Shown: positions 39,190 through 50,988 of the stretch, in pieces
Numbering within the stretch: the first letter of the stretch is position 1
Layout: each line of letters begins with the position of its first letter
NCBI RefSeq assembly: GCF_036321535.1
Contig: NC_087447.1
Coordinates: forward strand, 39,310,001-39,374,000
DNA from: Camelus dromedarius
Lineage: Eukaryota
Length of the DNA stretch: 64,000 nt
Direction: 5' to 3'
Notes under the pieces: model-generated
What the model was told of the DNA's origin: nothing
The model's database searches: none
The model's input: only the letters and a program-made list of their open reading frames with translations
Program-made: the position numbers and the translations under genes

Positions 39190-39806
39190 TTTTTTTAAAA
39201 ATTCAAGTGTAACTGATTTACAATGTTGTGTTAGTTTCTGGTCTACAGCAAAAGGATTCAGTTATATACATATATTATGTATATAATTAGAGAATTAAAG
39301 AAGTTACTGTTTGAGAATATATATATGTATATATATACATATATATATTCTTTTTCAGGTTCTTTTCCATTATAGTTTATTACAATATATTGAATATCTA
39401 TTTAATGCGTAATGGTTTGTATCTGCTAATCCCCAACTCCGAATTTATCCTCCCCTTTCCCCTTTGGTAACCCTGTTTGTTTTCTGTCTGTGAGTTTGTT
39501 TCTGTTTTGTAAATAAGTTGATTTGTATCATCTTTTAGATTCCATATATAAGTGATATCAAGTTATATTTGTCTTTCTGTGTCTGATTTACTTCACTTAG
39601 TATGATAATCTCTAGGTCCATCCATGTTACTGCAAATGGCATTATTTCATTTGTTTTTATGGCTGAGTAATATTTCATTGTGTGTGTATACACACACACA
39701 CACATATATTGTGTGTGTGTGTATATATATATGCACACACACATATTGTGTGTATGTATGTATGTGTGTGTGTATGTATGTGTGTGTATATATATATATA
39801 CCACAT
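39190..39806 (-). mobile_element. Artiodactyl-type L1 3' end/ORF2 tail with expanded microsatellites
   Basis: ORF 39535-39804 contains YYSAIKTNEIMPFAVTWMDLEIIILSEVNQTQKDKY (L1 ORF2 C-terminus). Confidence 0.9.
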
Positions 39807-39819
39807 CAAGAAGGTTTAC

Positions 39820-40030
39820 TTTTTTTTTTGTGGTGACAACAAAAATTTTTATTCAACTGGTTCAAAAGTATTTAGATGAATGCATTTAGATGACCAAATA
39901 CTTTAAAAACAAAGCTTTGCCGAATAGTTTACTTCTAAACTTCAATTTCTTTTTTTTAGGGTAGAATTAAATACCCATGGCTATGTATTACCACAAACAT
40001 GTTAATAGAAGGCTACTCAACACTGAAAGC
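39820..40030 (-). pseudogene. 5'-truncated processed retrocopy of an unidentified mRNA 3' UTR
   Basis: polyT 39820-39829; AATAAA on the minus strand at 39848-39853; TSD caagaaggtttacttttt at 39807 and 40031; body is not a repeat I recognise. Confidence 0.75.
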
Positions 40031-40674
40031 CAAGAAGGTTTACTTTTTTAAGGTTTACTTCTGTCAAGAAAAACTGTTTAAATGATTTGAAATGAAAAAA
40101 AAAATTACTGGGTGTCCTGCCTAGTGCACCCTTTGGGTATCTCTTCCTTTCACTGTATTTGAGCCAATTTGCAAATCTCTAAATTGTAGAAAAGTTAATG
40201 CAAATGTTTCTTATCTCTAAAATGCCAATGAATTGTGCAGACAGAGTAGCTTTGCACCTCTTTGTAAACTTACTTCAGTAATATTCCTTATTATCTCTAT
40301 ACATGTGATTCTTTGAATTCTCCTTTGAGCCACTTGTAACATCTTACTGGTTCTCTCATTATTCAGTGAGTTAAATGAAACTTTTAATTTGTGTTCATTT
40401 CCTATTTGAATGACAGTCATGATTTTATCTTTTTTTCCAAAAAGAAAATTATCCTTTAACACTTCTCATCTGAGAAAAAACTGGTTAGCGATGTGGAAGG
40501 ATAGGAAGGGAAGGAAACTAAGATGTATTGAGTATCTAATACCAAACTTTATGTGCATTATTTTGTTTAATCTACACAACAGTCTTATACTTTTGTGGGA
40601 TGCGTTTGTTTTTAAACCAAGGGCTCATCTATTTTTTATTTTAGCAGTGATTTTATTGGTGTAGTGATAGACCA

Positions 40675-41122
40675 TGCTATGGGGTGAATTGTGCCCCCCA
40701 AATTCCCGTGTTAAACTTCTAACTCCTGTAACCTCAGAATATGACCTTATTTGGGGACAGAGTCTTTACAGAGGTAATCCAGTTAAAATGAGGTCATTAA
40801 CATAGGCCTTACTCCAAGATGACTGGTGTCCTTATGAAAAGGGGAACTTTGGAGACAGACATGGACACAGAACACCAAGTGAACATTCAAGGCAGAGACC
40901 TGGGTAATGCATCTACAAGCATAGGAATGCCAGAGATTGCTAGCAAATACCAGACACTAGGAGAGAGGCATGAAATAGATTCTTCTTCACAGTCCTCAGA
41001 AGGAACCAACCCTGACAACACCTTGATCTCAGACTTCTAGACCCTGGAACTGTGAGACAATAAAATTCTGTTGTTTTAAGCCACCTAGTTTGTTGGTACT
41101 TTGTTACTACAGCCCTAGCAAA
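40675..41122 (+). mobile_element. MaLR solo LTR (MLT1B/C-like)
   Basis: tgctatggggtgaattgtgcccccc...cctcagaaggaaccaaccctgacaacaccttgatctcagacttc...cagccctagcaaa. Confidence 0.9.
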
Positions 41123-41579
41123 GGCCATTTAAAGCATTCCTTATATTTTGCTACCTTAGAGAGTCATTTATATATAATTATATATGCAAGGGACCATCCA
41201 GTGCAGTGAAGCCCATTTCTTAGCCAGACCCCATTGTCAGCTCACAAGCTCACAGAGAACTGGGTCATGTCAGCAGCCTGAGCAACAGACAGACATTCTT
41301 GACCTCAGACAAGGAGATGTGCATGCAGGGGATTGCTGCATGTGGCTCCGAGATGAAGGACCAAACAGCAGGAATAGAGCATCTCCCTCTCATCAGATTC
41401 AGGTGACAAAAAATGAGCCCCATCTCCTGGTAATTACCAGCCTTAATGGAACACATTATTCTCTGCTGTTCTTAAGTTCAGTGGCATTTGCTTAATCAAA
41501 ATGAAATAGTGTTAAGTTTTTCCTCCTGAAATGACTGGAAAGAATTGATACCATGGAAAGGAGTTCGGATTTTTTTTCT

Positions 41580-41990
41580 AAGTGTTCAGGGAAGCAATGG
41601 AGGGTCTAGAAGCAGAGTGCCCTGAGCCAGTTGATGTTTCTAAAGGGCCACTCTGACTGCTATGCAGAGAGCGAAGTGTGGGGCACATGGAAAGAAAGAA
41701 TGAAGTGGGGAGGTCGTGTTGGAGGCTGTTACAGTAGACTAAGAGAGAAAGGATGCTGGCCTGGATCTGGAGACAGCAGGAGAGATGGTAAGAACACTCA
41801 GGCTCAGGATAATTGGAGGGAGAATGGATAGTGCTTGCTGGAGAACTGAATGTGACAGTAGGAGAAAAAATTAAGAATGGCACTAATGTTATTTTTCTTT
41901 TTCTGAGAAACTGGATGGCTAGATGATTAACCGGAAGGAGGAGGATTAGGGGAAGGCTAGTCTTTTTGTTTATCACAGAGGTTAACACTG
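41580..41990 (-). mobile_element. L2 fragment
   Basis: ggccactctgactgctatgcagaga...ggaggctgttacagtagact...ttttctgagaaactggatgg. Confidence 0.65.
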
Positions 41991-42177
41991 AAAAGGAAAA
42001 GATTCGTGCCCTGGTCTTTTGGAAAGCAGATTTCAAGCCATTTAAAGAACACTAAGTGATTTTTCTTCTTTCAGAAAAGCAGTGTTAATTATATGCTTAT
42101 TGTGACAAGGTGCTGGGCAGGCTGCCAAGGGGACCTGCCAGTCTCCTGGACACGAACAGCAGGACAGGGGTCCTATG

Positions 42178-43285
42178 TTGCTCCTCCCCACTTCCCTCTC
42201 CCCACTGGTAACCACCAGTTTGTTCTCTACATCTGTGAGTCTGCTTCCTTTTTGTTATATTCACTAGTTTGTTGTATGTTTTTAGATTCCACATATTAGT
42301 GATATTATACTGTATTTGTCTTTCTCTGTCAGACTTATTTCACTTAGTGTAATGCTCCCCAAGTCCATACATGTGTATCAATGAAACAGAATAGAGAGCC
42401 CAGAAATAAACCCACACACCTACTGTCAACTAATCTATGACAAAGGAGGCAAGAATATACAGTGGAGAAAAGATAGTCCCTCCAGTAAGTGGTGCTGGGA
42501 AAACTGGACGGTTACGTGTAAAAGAATGAAATTAGAACATTTTCTAACACCATAGACAAAAATAAACTCCAAATGGATTAAAGGCCTAAATGTAAGACTG
42601 GATGCCATAAAACTCCTAGAGGAAAACATAGCCAGGACACTAACATAAATTGTAGCACTATTTTTTCTGGATCCATCTCCTTAAACAAAGGAAATAAAAG
42701 CAAAAATAAATAAATGAGACCCAATTAAGCTTAAAAGCTTTTGCACAGCAAAGGAAACCATTGACAAAATGAAAAGACAACCTACTGAATGCAAGAAAAT
42801 ATTTGTAAATGACATGAGCAATAAGGAGTTCATATCCAACATATATACAACCAACAGCTCATAGAGCTCAACATCAGACAAGCAAACAACCTGATTTTAA
42901 AGAAGGGCAGAAGACCTGCATAGACACTGTTCCAAAGAGGAAATGCAGATGGCCAAACAGGCACATGAAAAGATGTTCAGCATTGCTAATCATCAGGGAA
43001 ATGCAAATCAAAACCACAATGAGATATCATCTCACATCTGTCAGAATGGCTATCATCAAAAAGAACTCAAATGACAAATGCTGGCCAGGATGTGGAGAGA
43101 AAGGAACCCTTGTACACTGTTGGTGGGAATGTAAATTAGTGCAGCCACTGTGGAAAACAGTATGGAGGTTTCTCAAAAAAAAAAAAAAAAAAAATAGAAC
43201 TACCGTATGATCCAGCAATTCCACCCCTGGGTATATATTTGAAAAAAACAAAACACTAATTTGAAAAGATACATGTACCCCAACG
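42178..43285. mobile_element. 5'-inverted L1: 3' part on minus (42178-42375) joined to ORF2 segment on plus (42376-43285)
   Basis: ORF 42965-43210 ([14 protein letters not shown]...[20 protein letters not shown]) is L1 ORF2 on +. The adjacent 3' UTR sequence is on -. Confidence 0.9.
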
Positions 43286-44277
43286 CTTCCATGTACTTTT
43301 TAGTCAAGTGCATTTCCTCATTGTTCGCTACTCCTTTCTCCAGCCCATTTAGACAGTGTCACTGTCAGCAGACCCAGGGTGGACTCAGAAGAAACTTGGA
43401 TTCCTTGTGTTCAGATCAGAATTGGGAGGCTAGGATGTACTTCACAGAAGGACAGAGTGGATGCTTAGGTGACTCATTCCTTGGAGAAGCTTCTCGAGAC
43501 TCAAATCCATGACTGGGACTGACCTCCTTTGTTGCTCTCTTGCTCTGATGACACTCAAGATGCCCACAGCTGGCGTTCTGTCAACCACAGGGCATGGTGA
43601 GCCGTGGTTGACCCCCAAACCTTGTGTAATTCCTTGGCACCGAGGTCCTGGTGCCTAGGTGCATCTTCTCTGCCCTGCTTACTCCCCTTCTGACTGATCT
43701 TTAGAAGGACTCTCAGGGGCAGACTGCCCTCTGCAGTGGCCGCTGAAGCTGTTCCCTTTCAATCAGATCTCTCCTAGCACAGATGAGAACTCAGCTCCCT
43801 CAAGGACACAGGCAGTCACCTAAAGAGGTTGTGGAGATGTGTGAAGCCTTGTGGAGATGTGTGAAGTTTGCTTGTTGGTCCCTTTGAGTTTATAGAAAAA
43901 AGCGTGCCTACTTTGGGAGGAGGAAACTGGAAGACCTTCTGCACCTCTTCTCTGAGATTAGTGCCTGTGAAATGTTGCAACAGACCCGGACCCCTTCTGG
44001 GAAAGGGTGCGCTGTTTACCTTCAGAGCCCGCCAGCGCGGTGGTGAGTGCTAAGGGAGTGCTCCACACCCTTTTTGCATGCCCCAGTCCAACACACAGCC
44101 TCACTGGAGCATCAGGTTCCTGCATGCAGAGCCAGAGTGGGCTGTAGGACAGAAAGAAATGTTACTTTTCACGTGGTCAGCGCGGGCTTCTGTCCAGCAG
44201 GAAAACACTGTTCGTCCTTTGAGGCTTAGTTCTTTAGTCTTTGCAGCTGAGCCAAATGGCAATGCCAGGGAGAAGGC

Positions 44278-44292
44278 GCTGCCCTCTGGTGT
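44278..44292 (-). promoter_or_regulatory. Candidate CTCF core motif ACACCAGAGGGCAGC
   Basis: One mismatch to CCASYAGRKGGCRS; motif match only. Confidence 0.4.
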
Positions 44293-44769
44293 ATGGTTGC
44301 CCTTGTCAATCGAGGCCAAAGAGACTCCAGCTCCAGAGTTTCTAGTGAAAGGCGCTTTTCAGCCCGGGGCATTCACATTCCAAGTGTGGCTCTGGTCTGA
44401 TAGGAGATGGCCTCCCTCTGCAGTTGGAGCAAAATCTCACTCCGAACCAAACCTTTGGAGGAAGTTGGGGCGGAGAGGAGGTGGAGAAGAAAAGAATGTC
44501 GTGGTTGTATGTATTTGGTCCCCACTCAAAAAACGGCTGGCTCACGGATAGGACACTTTCCTGAATTCCCTCCTTTCATCCATAAAGACAAGAAAAAAAA
44601 TTGTGCACAAAAAAGAAAAAAGTAAGGAAGAGAGGGGGAAAAAAAAAACCAAAGGAAAACAGTACTTTTGTCTGTTCTCCTCTTTGGGAAGTTCGCTCTA
44701 GTTAATGCACACTAGAAAGCTCAGTCTACACTGTGCTGACACAGTGGACTGAAAGTGAACCGAACAGCA

Positions 44770-44771
<2 letters not shown>

Positions 44772-44840
<69 letters not shown>
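44772..44840. repeat. Perfect (GT)34 microsatellite
   Basis: Read directly. Confidence 0.97.
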
Positions 44841-44844
<4 letters not shown>

Positions 44845-44964
44845 AGTGCATTTCAATGGGCCAACAGCCAGTTTGTGTTGCTGTTTTGGTAAAAAGAAAA
44901 TGCCTACTACACATTAAGCTGAATGAATTATAAATGCCTCACCTATTCCTAAATGCAAATTTCA

Positions 44965-45180
44965 GAACCAGGCAGGAATGGATTCAAATTCCACTTGAGA
45001 AACTTGGCAGCTTCATGACTTTGGCTAATTCACATAATCTCCTTGAGGATCAAGTGAGAACTTCTCACCTACAAAATCAGTTTAACCAGTCTGGTTAAGA
45101 GGAGTGAAGATTAGATGAGATAGTGTATGTAAAATACCCTAGCTCAGTGAGCCTGGAAAGAGGCAAGGGCTCAGTCTGGT
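44965..45180 (+). mobile_element. MIR SINE (degenerate)
   Basis: gattcaaattcc...catgactttggctaattcacataatctc...gaagattagatgagatagtgtatgtaaa. Confidence 0.65.
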
Positions 45181-46759
45181 AGCCTTGGAAGACATAGGAA
45201 GTATCTTGCCTTTATCTAAAAGCAATGGGAAAGCAAAGAAGGCTTTCAGCTAGGTAGTGACCACTGGCTGTGGCATGGAGAAGGCACTGTCAGGAGTGAG
45301 AAGGGTCAGTAGCTGAGGCAGGAAGACCAGTTGACCATTGTAGCAGTCCAGTCCAAGTGACTGCAGTTACTTTCTGGGCTTTGACTCTTTGTGATTTCCT
45401 GGCTTTTGCACTTGCCTCAAATTCCACGACAGTTCACATTCCTAATGAATCCACCACTGTTACTAAGTTCATTCCTTGGACCAAATGTAGCTTTGGTTTT
45501 GTTTTGTTAAATTAGTATTTACTGAGTACCTATCATGTGTTAAGAAACCTACTGGCTGAATACAGAGTTTAATGCAGAGATGCATTAACTACTCACACTA
45601 GTTTCAACTGCTCACACTGGTAGAGCCTGTGTTGAAAGGGTTCTAGGGAGGGGAGCCCTAGAATCCCAGTTAAGAGGGCTGGGGTTAATTAGCATGTCTG
45701 CTATGTGTGAACGGAGTGTCGGCAAGGCAGCACATCTGTCCCATATTTGCCATCTCTGGCCCAGGGGCTCCCAGCTCCTATATTCCATCCTAGCTTGATG
45801 CTGGCTCTGCTTGTACCATATTATCTCCAGACAGCTCCCACTGGTCTGGGCACAGTAGCTGACCCCTGTATTTGCTTCCTGCCCAGGAACTATTGGAAAA
45901 GAGGCATTCTTTTGCTGTTGGGACTGCTATGCCCACTGTACGTTAGCTGACAGCCACCTCCACGTGGAGAGAGCACGCCCGATAGTGAACACAGCGGAGA
46001 ACGAGGTTGAGAAATAAAGAGGCTGACCAGCAGTAATAGCTTGAGCCCCGGACCTACCGGTGCTGGAAGCTGGCATCCAGGGGAGAGGCATGGGTGTGTG
46101 CCCACGAGTGCGGCAACTTAGCACATCCCGGAGAGGCCCAACCCTCCACACAAAGAGGAACCACACACAGAGAGTACAGTGATTTTCCAAGCAAGGTGCC
46201 TGAGTTTAACAACCAACAACCAAAACAGGCTTATGGACGCTTGAGTGTTAGTTGGCAAATTTTCAGAAACCCCCAGGGATCTAACTTTCAATCATACCAG
46301 ATGGGGGCTTGAATGACTATTTTTCAGGGTATGGGAGAGAAGGGCGATGCATAATTCTGGTCTGGGGCAGCTGTAAGTGGGTGTGCCCCCCCACCCTGCC
46401 TTTCCCATCGCAGGGCTGGCAGTGAAGCACTCTGGGGAGGCAGGGCTACAGGACAGAAGCCTCTGCTTCCTGAGTCCTCCTCGGGTGGAGAGCTGCTGAG
46501 AAGACCCACCCAACCCACATCAAATTGTAATGAGCTATTTCAAATGCTAGACCGCTGAGGGTCTGAGGTTTATTTGTTACCTTAGCTTATCCTCTATTGA
46601 TTAATACATTGACAAATTATGTCCAGAAAAGGCTAAAAATTCTATTACTCCAGGATTTAGAAAGGATTATCTATATACTGCACATTAAAAAAATCTCTGC
46701 CACTTATTTGCTCACACAGTGTTCATTTTATTGATGATAATGCAAGGTTAAGCCAGGCC

Positions 46760-47320
46760 AAGAGTTTGGTGAGATGAACACTTTCACACGTTTACATTGT
46801 AAATTGTTGGAAGGTTTCGGAGGGCAATTTGGCAATATTTATCAATTGTCTTAAAATATTCATACTCCTTAAGGAAATAGCTCTACTTCTAGAAATCTAG
46901 CCTAAGGAAACTATGAGACATGTAGAAAGAATAATGTACAAAGCCATTTATGGTCATAATGGAACCGACATAAATTTTCAACAATGTCAGAATGGTGGGA
47001 AATCATGGTACCCCCATAAAATGGAATATTATGTGTCAGTTACATCTGTGTTTATGAAGACATCTTAATGGCATGGGGAAATGTTTATATTACAGTATCA
47101 GTGAGTATCAGGAAATAAAACTATATAAAACCCAACTTTCTCCATGTGTGTGTATTCATAGGGAAAAAAACATAGAAGACAATACACATAATTTAAGAGT
47201 TAATGGTGGTTTTTGTCTTACTGATGGGATTATGTGGAATTTCTAATTTTTTCTGTATACTTTCCTATATTTTCCAGTTTTAAGGAATGCTGATATATTA
47301 TTTTTATAATTAAGAAAAAA
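46760..47320 (+). mobile_element. Old L1 (L1ME-type) ORF2 end/3' UTR
   Basis: ggagggcaatttggcaatatttatcaa...ctacttctagaaatctagcctaagg...aatggaatattatg. Confidence 0.7.
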
Positions 47321-48271
47321 ATTACAAGAAGCTATATGTGGGTCTTCCCCATAATTAACATTTTAGTAGCTCCCCAGGTTACTCTAATGTGCCAGAGAGT
47401 TTCCCAGTAGGTTAAGGTTGTCACTGGGCTTCCCGAAGGCAAGGCTGAGCTTCCTGAGATGTGCTCAGGAGACGATCTTTACCCAGGTCTCTGAGTGCAG
47501 CCCTTACCTGATGGCCACTGAACGGTTCATCAGAAAAGCCTCGGGTCCTCTACCGAGCGTCTGTGAGAAAGCAATAAAGGCAGTAATCGGGGTAAACGAC
47601 TTCTGCGAGCTGGGAAATTTTTGCAAGGGATGCTTACTCCCACCTAATTTCTGACCTCTCCTGCAGAAAGACAGAGGGCGAGGGAAGAATGCTCAGGGAA
47701 ACGGTGGAGTGGGTGGGGTGGGATGAAGAGCAAGAGTAAGAGATCGTGCAAGAAAGAGAGAAACGAAGGCAACAGATTTAGGAGGAGAAAAATACACTTC
47801 TAGTATTGCCGAGGGATGTCAGCAGGGGACTTGCAACAGAATAATCAGTTATTGAATTACAGGTAGAAGATGCTTGAATAACTGCACATGAAGAGACTGA
47901 GACTTTTCTGTAACTATTACAAGAGCCCTGACATATCTAGAGGTATGCACTCTGATGTAAGGAATCCAGATTAGGATTACCAAACAATAATAGCTTAAAA
48001 AAGAGATAAGCATTTGAGCAATTGAATACAACCAAAATGAAGATATTTATTTCCCTCACCCCAAAAAAGGCAGAATTGGATATTAATATCACATCATGTT
48101 GCATGGTTTTCATTACTTGTTTTAATGTTCCCCTCTGGCTCCAGATATGCAAATGGGAATACTTGACAGAGAAAAAATTGGTTGTGGTCTTCTCAAAAAT
48201 TAACATTTAGTACAGCAATATGAATTGGAGGAGTGGGTGAAACACACAGAGTCAACTGCTTCATCTATGCC

Positions 48272-49270
48272 TCGTTCATTCACTCACTCACTCATTTAGC
48301 CCATGTGTGCTGAGAACCAGCCCAAATGTGCTGGGCACTGGAGAGACAGAGATGAATCAGTTCTCTGTCTTTAGTGAGCCCAGGGTCTAATGAGGGGGGC
48401 AACCATGCACATAGACCAATTACTACACAGTGTGAGAAGTGCTGTAATGATGGAAATGTACAAAGTGTGGCATGCACACCCTTGATGGGATAGTATTAAT
48501 TCGCAAACCTGTAGGAGTATCCATGTTGAGGGAGGAGGAAGAGAATCTGAGGTGGTTGCGGGAGCATGCCATGCAAAGTCAGGGAGGTGAGAAGCAGGGC
48601 ATGTTTGGGACCAAAAGGTATTTGGTGTGGCTAAAGCTTGGATGTTGGGAGTAAGATCTGGAGCTAGACTGAGAATAACCTCCTGCATGCAACAGCAGTC
48701 TCAATCTTGGCTGAGCATTGGTTGGGGAGTTTTTAACATATTTACCCAGGGATTCTGATTTAATTGATCTGTCAAGTAGCTTGGCCAGTGGGGCCACAAG
48801 ATCTCCCCAGGTGATGTGTAGCCAGGGTTGAGAACCATTGCTCGAGGGAAAGAATGTCTTTGAATAATACAATCAGATCAATTAATGGTTTTATAATATT
48901 ACTTTGGCATCATTTTGGAGGCCACAGACTGGTGGCAGGGAGGCACATTAGAGACTGAGTACAAACAATGAGGTAAGAGAGGGTAAAGGTTTTAAATAAG
49001 ACATTGACCCCAAGGCAGGAGGGGATGGAACAGATCTGAAAGATACCAAGGAGGGAGAACTGGTGGGCTGGGACGGGAGAAGGGGGAAATAACAGAAACA
49101 GATACTCCAGTTTCTTGGTGAATTCTAGGGCCTCCACTGAGATAGGGAACCCTGGAGAGGAAATGGGTGGTACATGCCTAAGGCGTTTGGGAAGCAGGAA
49201 TGGAGATGATAACAAGTCAGTTTGTCTCTTGTTGAGTTTGAGGCACTCGTGTAAGTTTTCCATCTTTGAA
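48272..49270 (-). mobile_element. L2 fragments interrupted by a MER5-like element
   Basis: cattcactcactcactcattt...gtgctgggcactggagagacagagatgaa; later ggagatgataacaagtcagtttg...gttgagtttgagg. Confidence 0.65.
48693..48840 (+). mobile_element. MER5-like hAT-Charlie MITE
   Basis: cagcagtctcaatcttggctg...gattctgatttaattg...ccagggttgagaaccattg. Confidence 0.75.
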
Positions 49271-49362
49271 GGATCAGCCATCACTGTACAGGCTTTTCCA
49301 GTTGTGTGGATACCACGGATCAGATTGTTCAATATCCATCCCAATTTTCTTCTAGATGCTTT

Positions 49363-49452
49363 TTTTTTTTTTTAAATGGAGGTACTGGCTATTGAACCCA
49401 GGACCTCGTGCATCCTGAGCATGTGCTCTACCACTGAGCTATACCCTCCCCC
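49363..49452 (-). mobile_element. tRNA-Ala-derived SINE, short form (tRNA-like head plus polyA)
   Basis: Minus strand reads GGGTATAGCTCAGTGGTAGAGCACATGCTCAGGATGCACGAGGTCCTGGGTTCAATAGCCAGTACCTCCA. TSD agatgcttt at 49354 and 49459. Confidence 0.9.
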
Positions 49453-50579
49453 TACCCAAGATGCTTTCTGATAATGCAGAGGCTGCACAGAAGAAGCCTG
49501 TATTTGCCAATACACCTAGGGTTCTGCATGAGACTTAGGCTCTGCCAGTCAGAAGTATCCACACGAGATCCAACAGATGGAAGGGAAACAGGATGAAATG
49601 GAAGCCACTCCTCTGAGTGGAAGGAGATTGTGCCTCTTCTAGTTTTGCTGGCAAACACTCTCACGGAGGCATGTGGGTGTGGGGGTGTTCTTTGGCATTT
49701 GAACAGAGATCACAATGGCCGTTCTCTTATTTTACAAAAGAAAGGGGCACCTGTCATCCCCTCTCCTCCCTCATCTTACTCTAGGGCTTTGCCTTGGAAT
49801 GAAAAGTCCTGGATTCCAAACAACAGGATAATTTGAAATATTGGTATTTATGAAGCCTCCTTTAATCAAGGCACCATTGCTGTGTTATCGGGCTCTTTCT
49901 CTACTTAGTACATATTTCCATTAAGAGAAAAGTGTGGCTATAGAAAAGCAGATTTTGGTGCACACTGGGCTATTAGGAAAGTCAGATGTATTATAGAGTG
50001 TGGTATGGGGGTGATAATTTTCATTTAGCCACCTCTCTCAGTCATCACCCAAATATTGTCAAGGAATACCTTACTTCCGACAGCACAGCCTGTTAGAGTA
50101 CAGCAGAGAGGCAGGTGGGAGGAAGCCATGCCCCATTTCCTCTCTTAGCTATCACTCAGGGCAAAGTCCTACTATCTCTCTGTCTGTCTCTCCTACTGAA
50201 TTAGGATTCTCAACTTTCATGAAAAGCATACTGGGATATACTAACCTCCTAGGAGGTGGGCCCTCTGCATTTTCTCCATTTTTATTAAGAGAAAAGAACT
50301 TGGCAAGAACCCTCATTCCTTTGGTCTTGATCCGTGTCTTATTTTGTATTTCAAGGAAAAGGAGGTGATAAGCTTCGTCTTTGTCTCCAAAAAGCCCAAC
50401 GTTACTCTTTTTTTTTAAGAGAAAAAGTAACATGTGAGAGGCAAGAAGTGTTTCAAATTTTTCTGCACACTTATTTAGCCTCTTTTTCTATTTGCTTTTT
50501 ATAAAAAGATTATTAGATAACAAATTACAGACTTCTGGTCACAGGAAATAAAAATAAATAAAATCTTCTATTTGTATAC

Positions 50580-50988
50580 TTAGTTTTTGTTGCAGAAAAA
50601 GTATTGACTAATCAGTAAGAAATTTTAGACTAAAACCATACTTAGGCTAAAGTACCATATGTGAAATGGAATGGAAATCAAAATTCAAGAAAACCACAAT
50701 GTTAGATATTACACAACTAAAAAAGATTTGCATTTGTATTTCTTCAAATGGTTGGTGATGGGAACTAAGGTTTATGATATGTACATGCCACTGGATACAT
50801 TTAAAATAATAACATGTCAGCTTAATTTTTAAAATTAATATTTACAATGTACCATAAATTACATCATTTATGGCTATTTAATGATGAAATATTTTAGCTG
50901 TCAACTTAAAAATATACAACTAGGTACATAGTTTTTCAAAAATCTTTTAGAAGGAATGCCAATAAAAGGAAAGTGTGAAGGCCACTCA
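50580..50988. mobile_element. AT-rich hAT-Charlie-type fragment (MER113-like)
   Basis: Terminus-like aaagtgtgaaggccact and gtacatagtttttcaaaaatcttttag. Confidence 0.45.

Noticed and set aside
42965..43210. ORF with strong protein similarity
   Set aside because: It is an L1 ORF2 remnant, not a host gene. The same applies to 8862-9062, 35200-35515 and 39535-39804.
43580..43612. Hairpin gtcaaccac...gtggttgac (also 8-bp inverted repeats at 45569-45588 and 45641-45663)
   Set aside because: The stems are short enough to arise by chance in 64 kb and are too short for a pre-miRNA.
43829..43866. 18-bp direct repeat with 20-bp period (also a 15-bp tandem at 56658-56687 and a ~19-bp repeat at ~29503-29543)
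   Set aside because: Two-copy slippage duplications with no spacers; not CRISPR-like.
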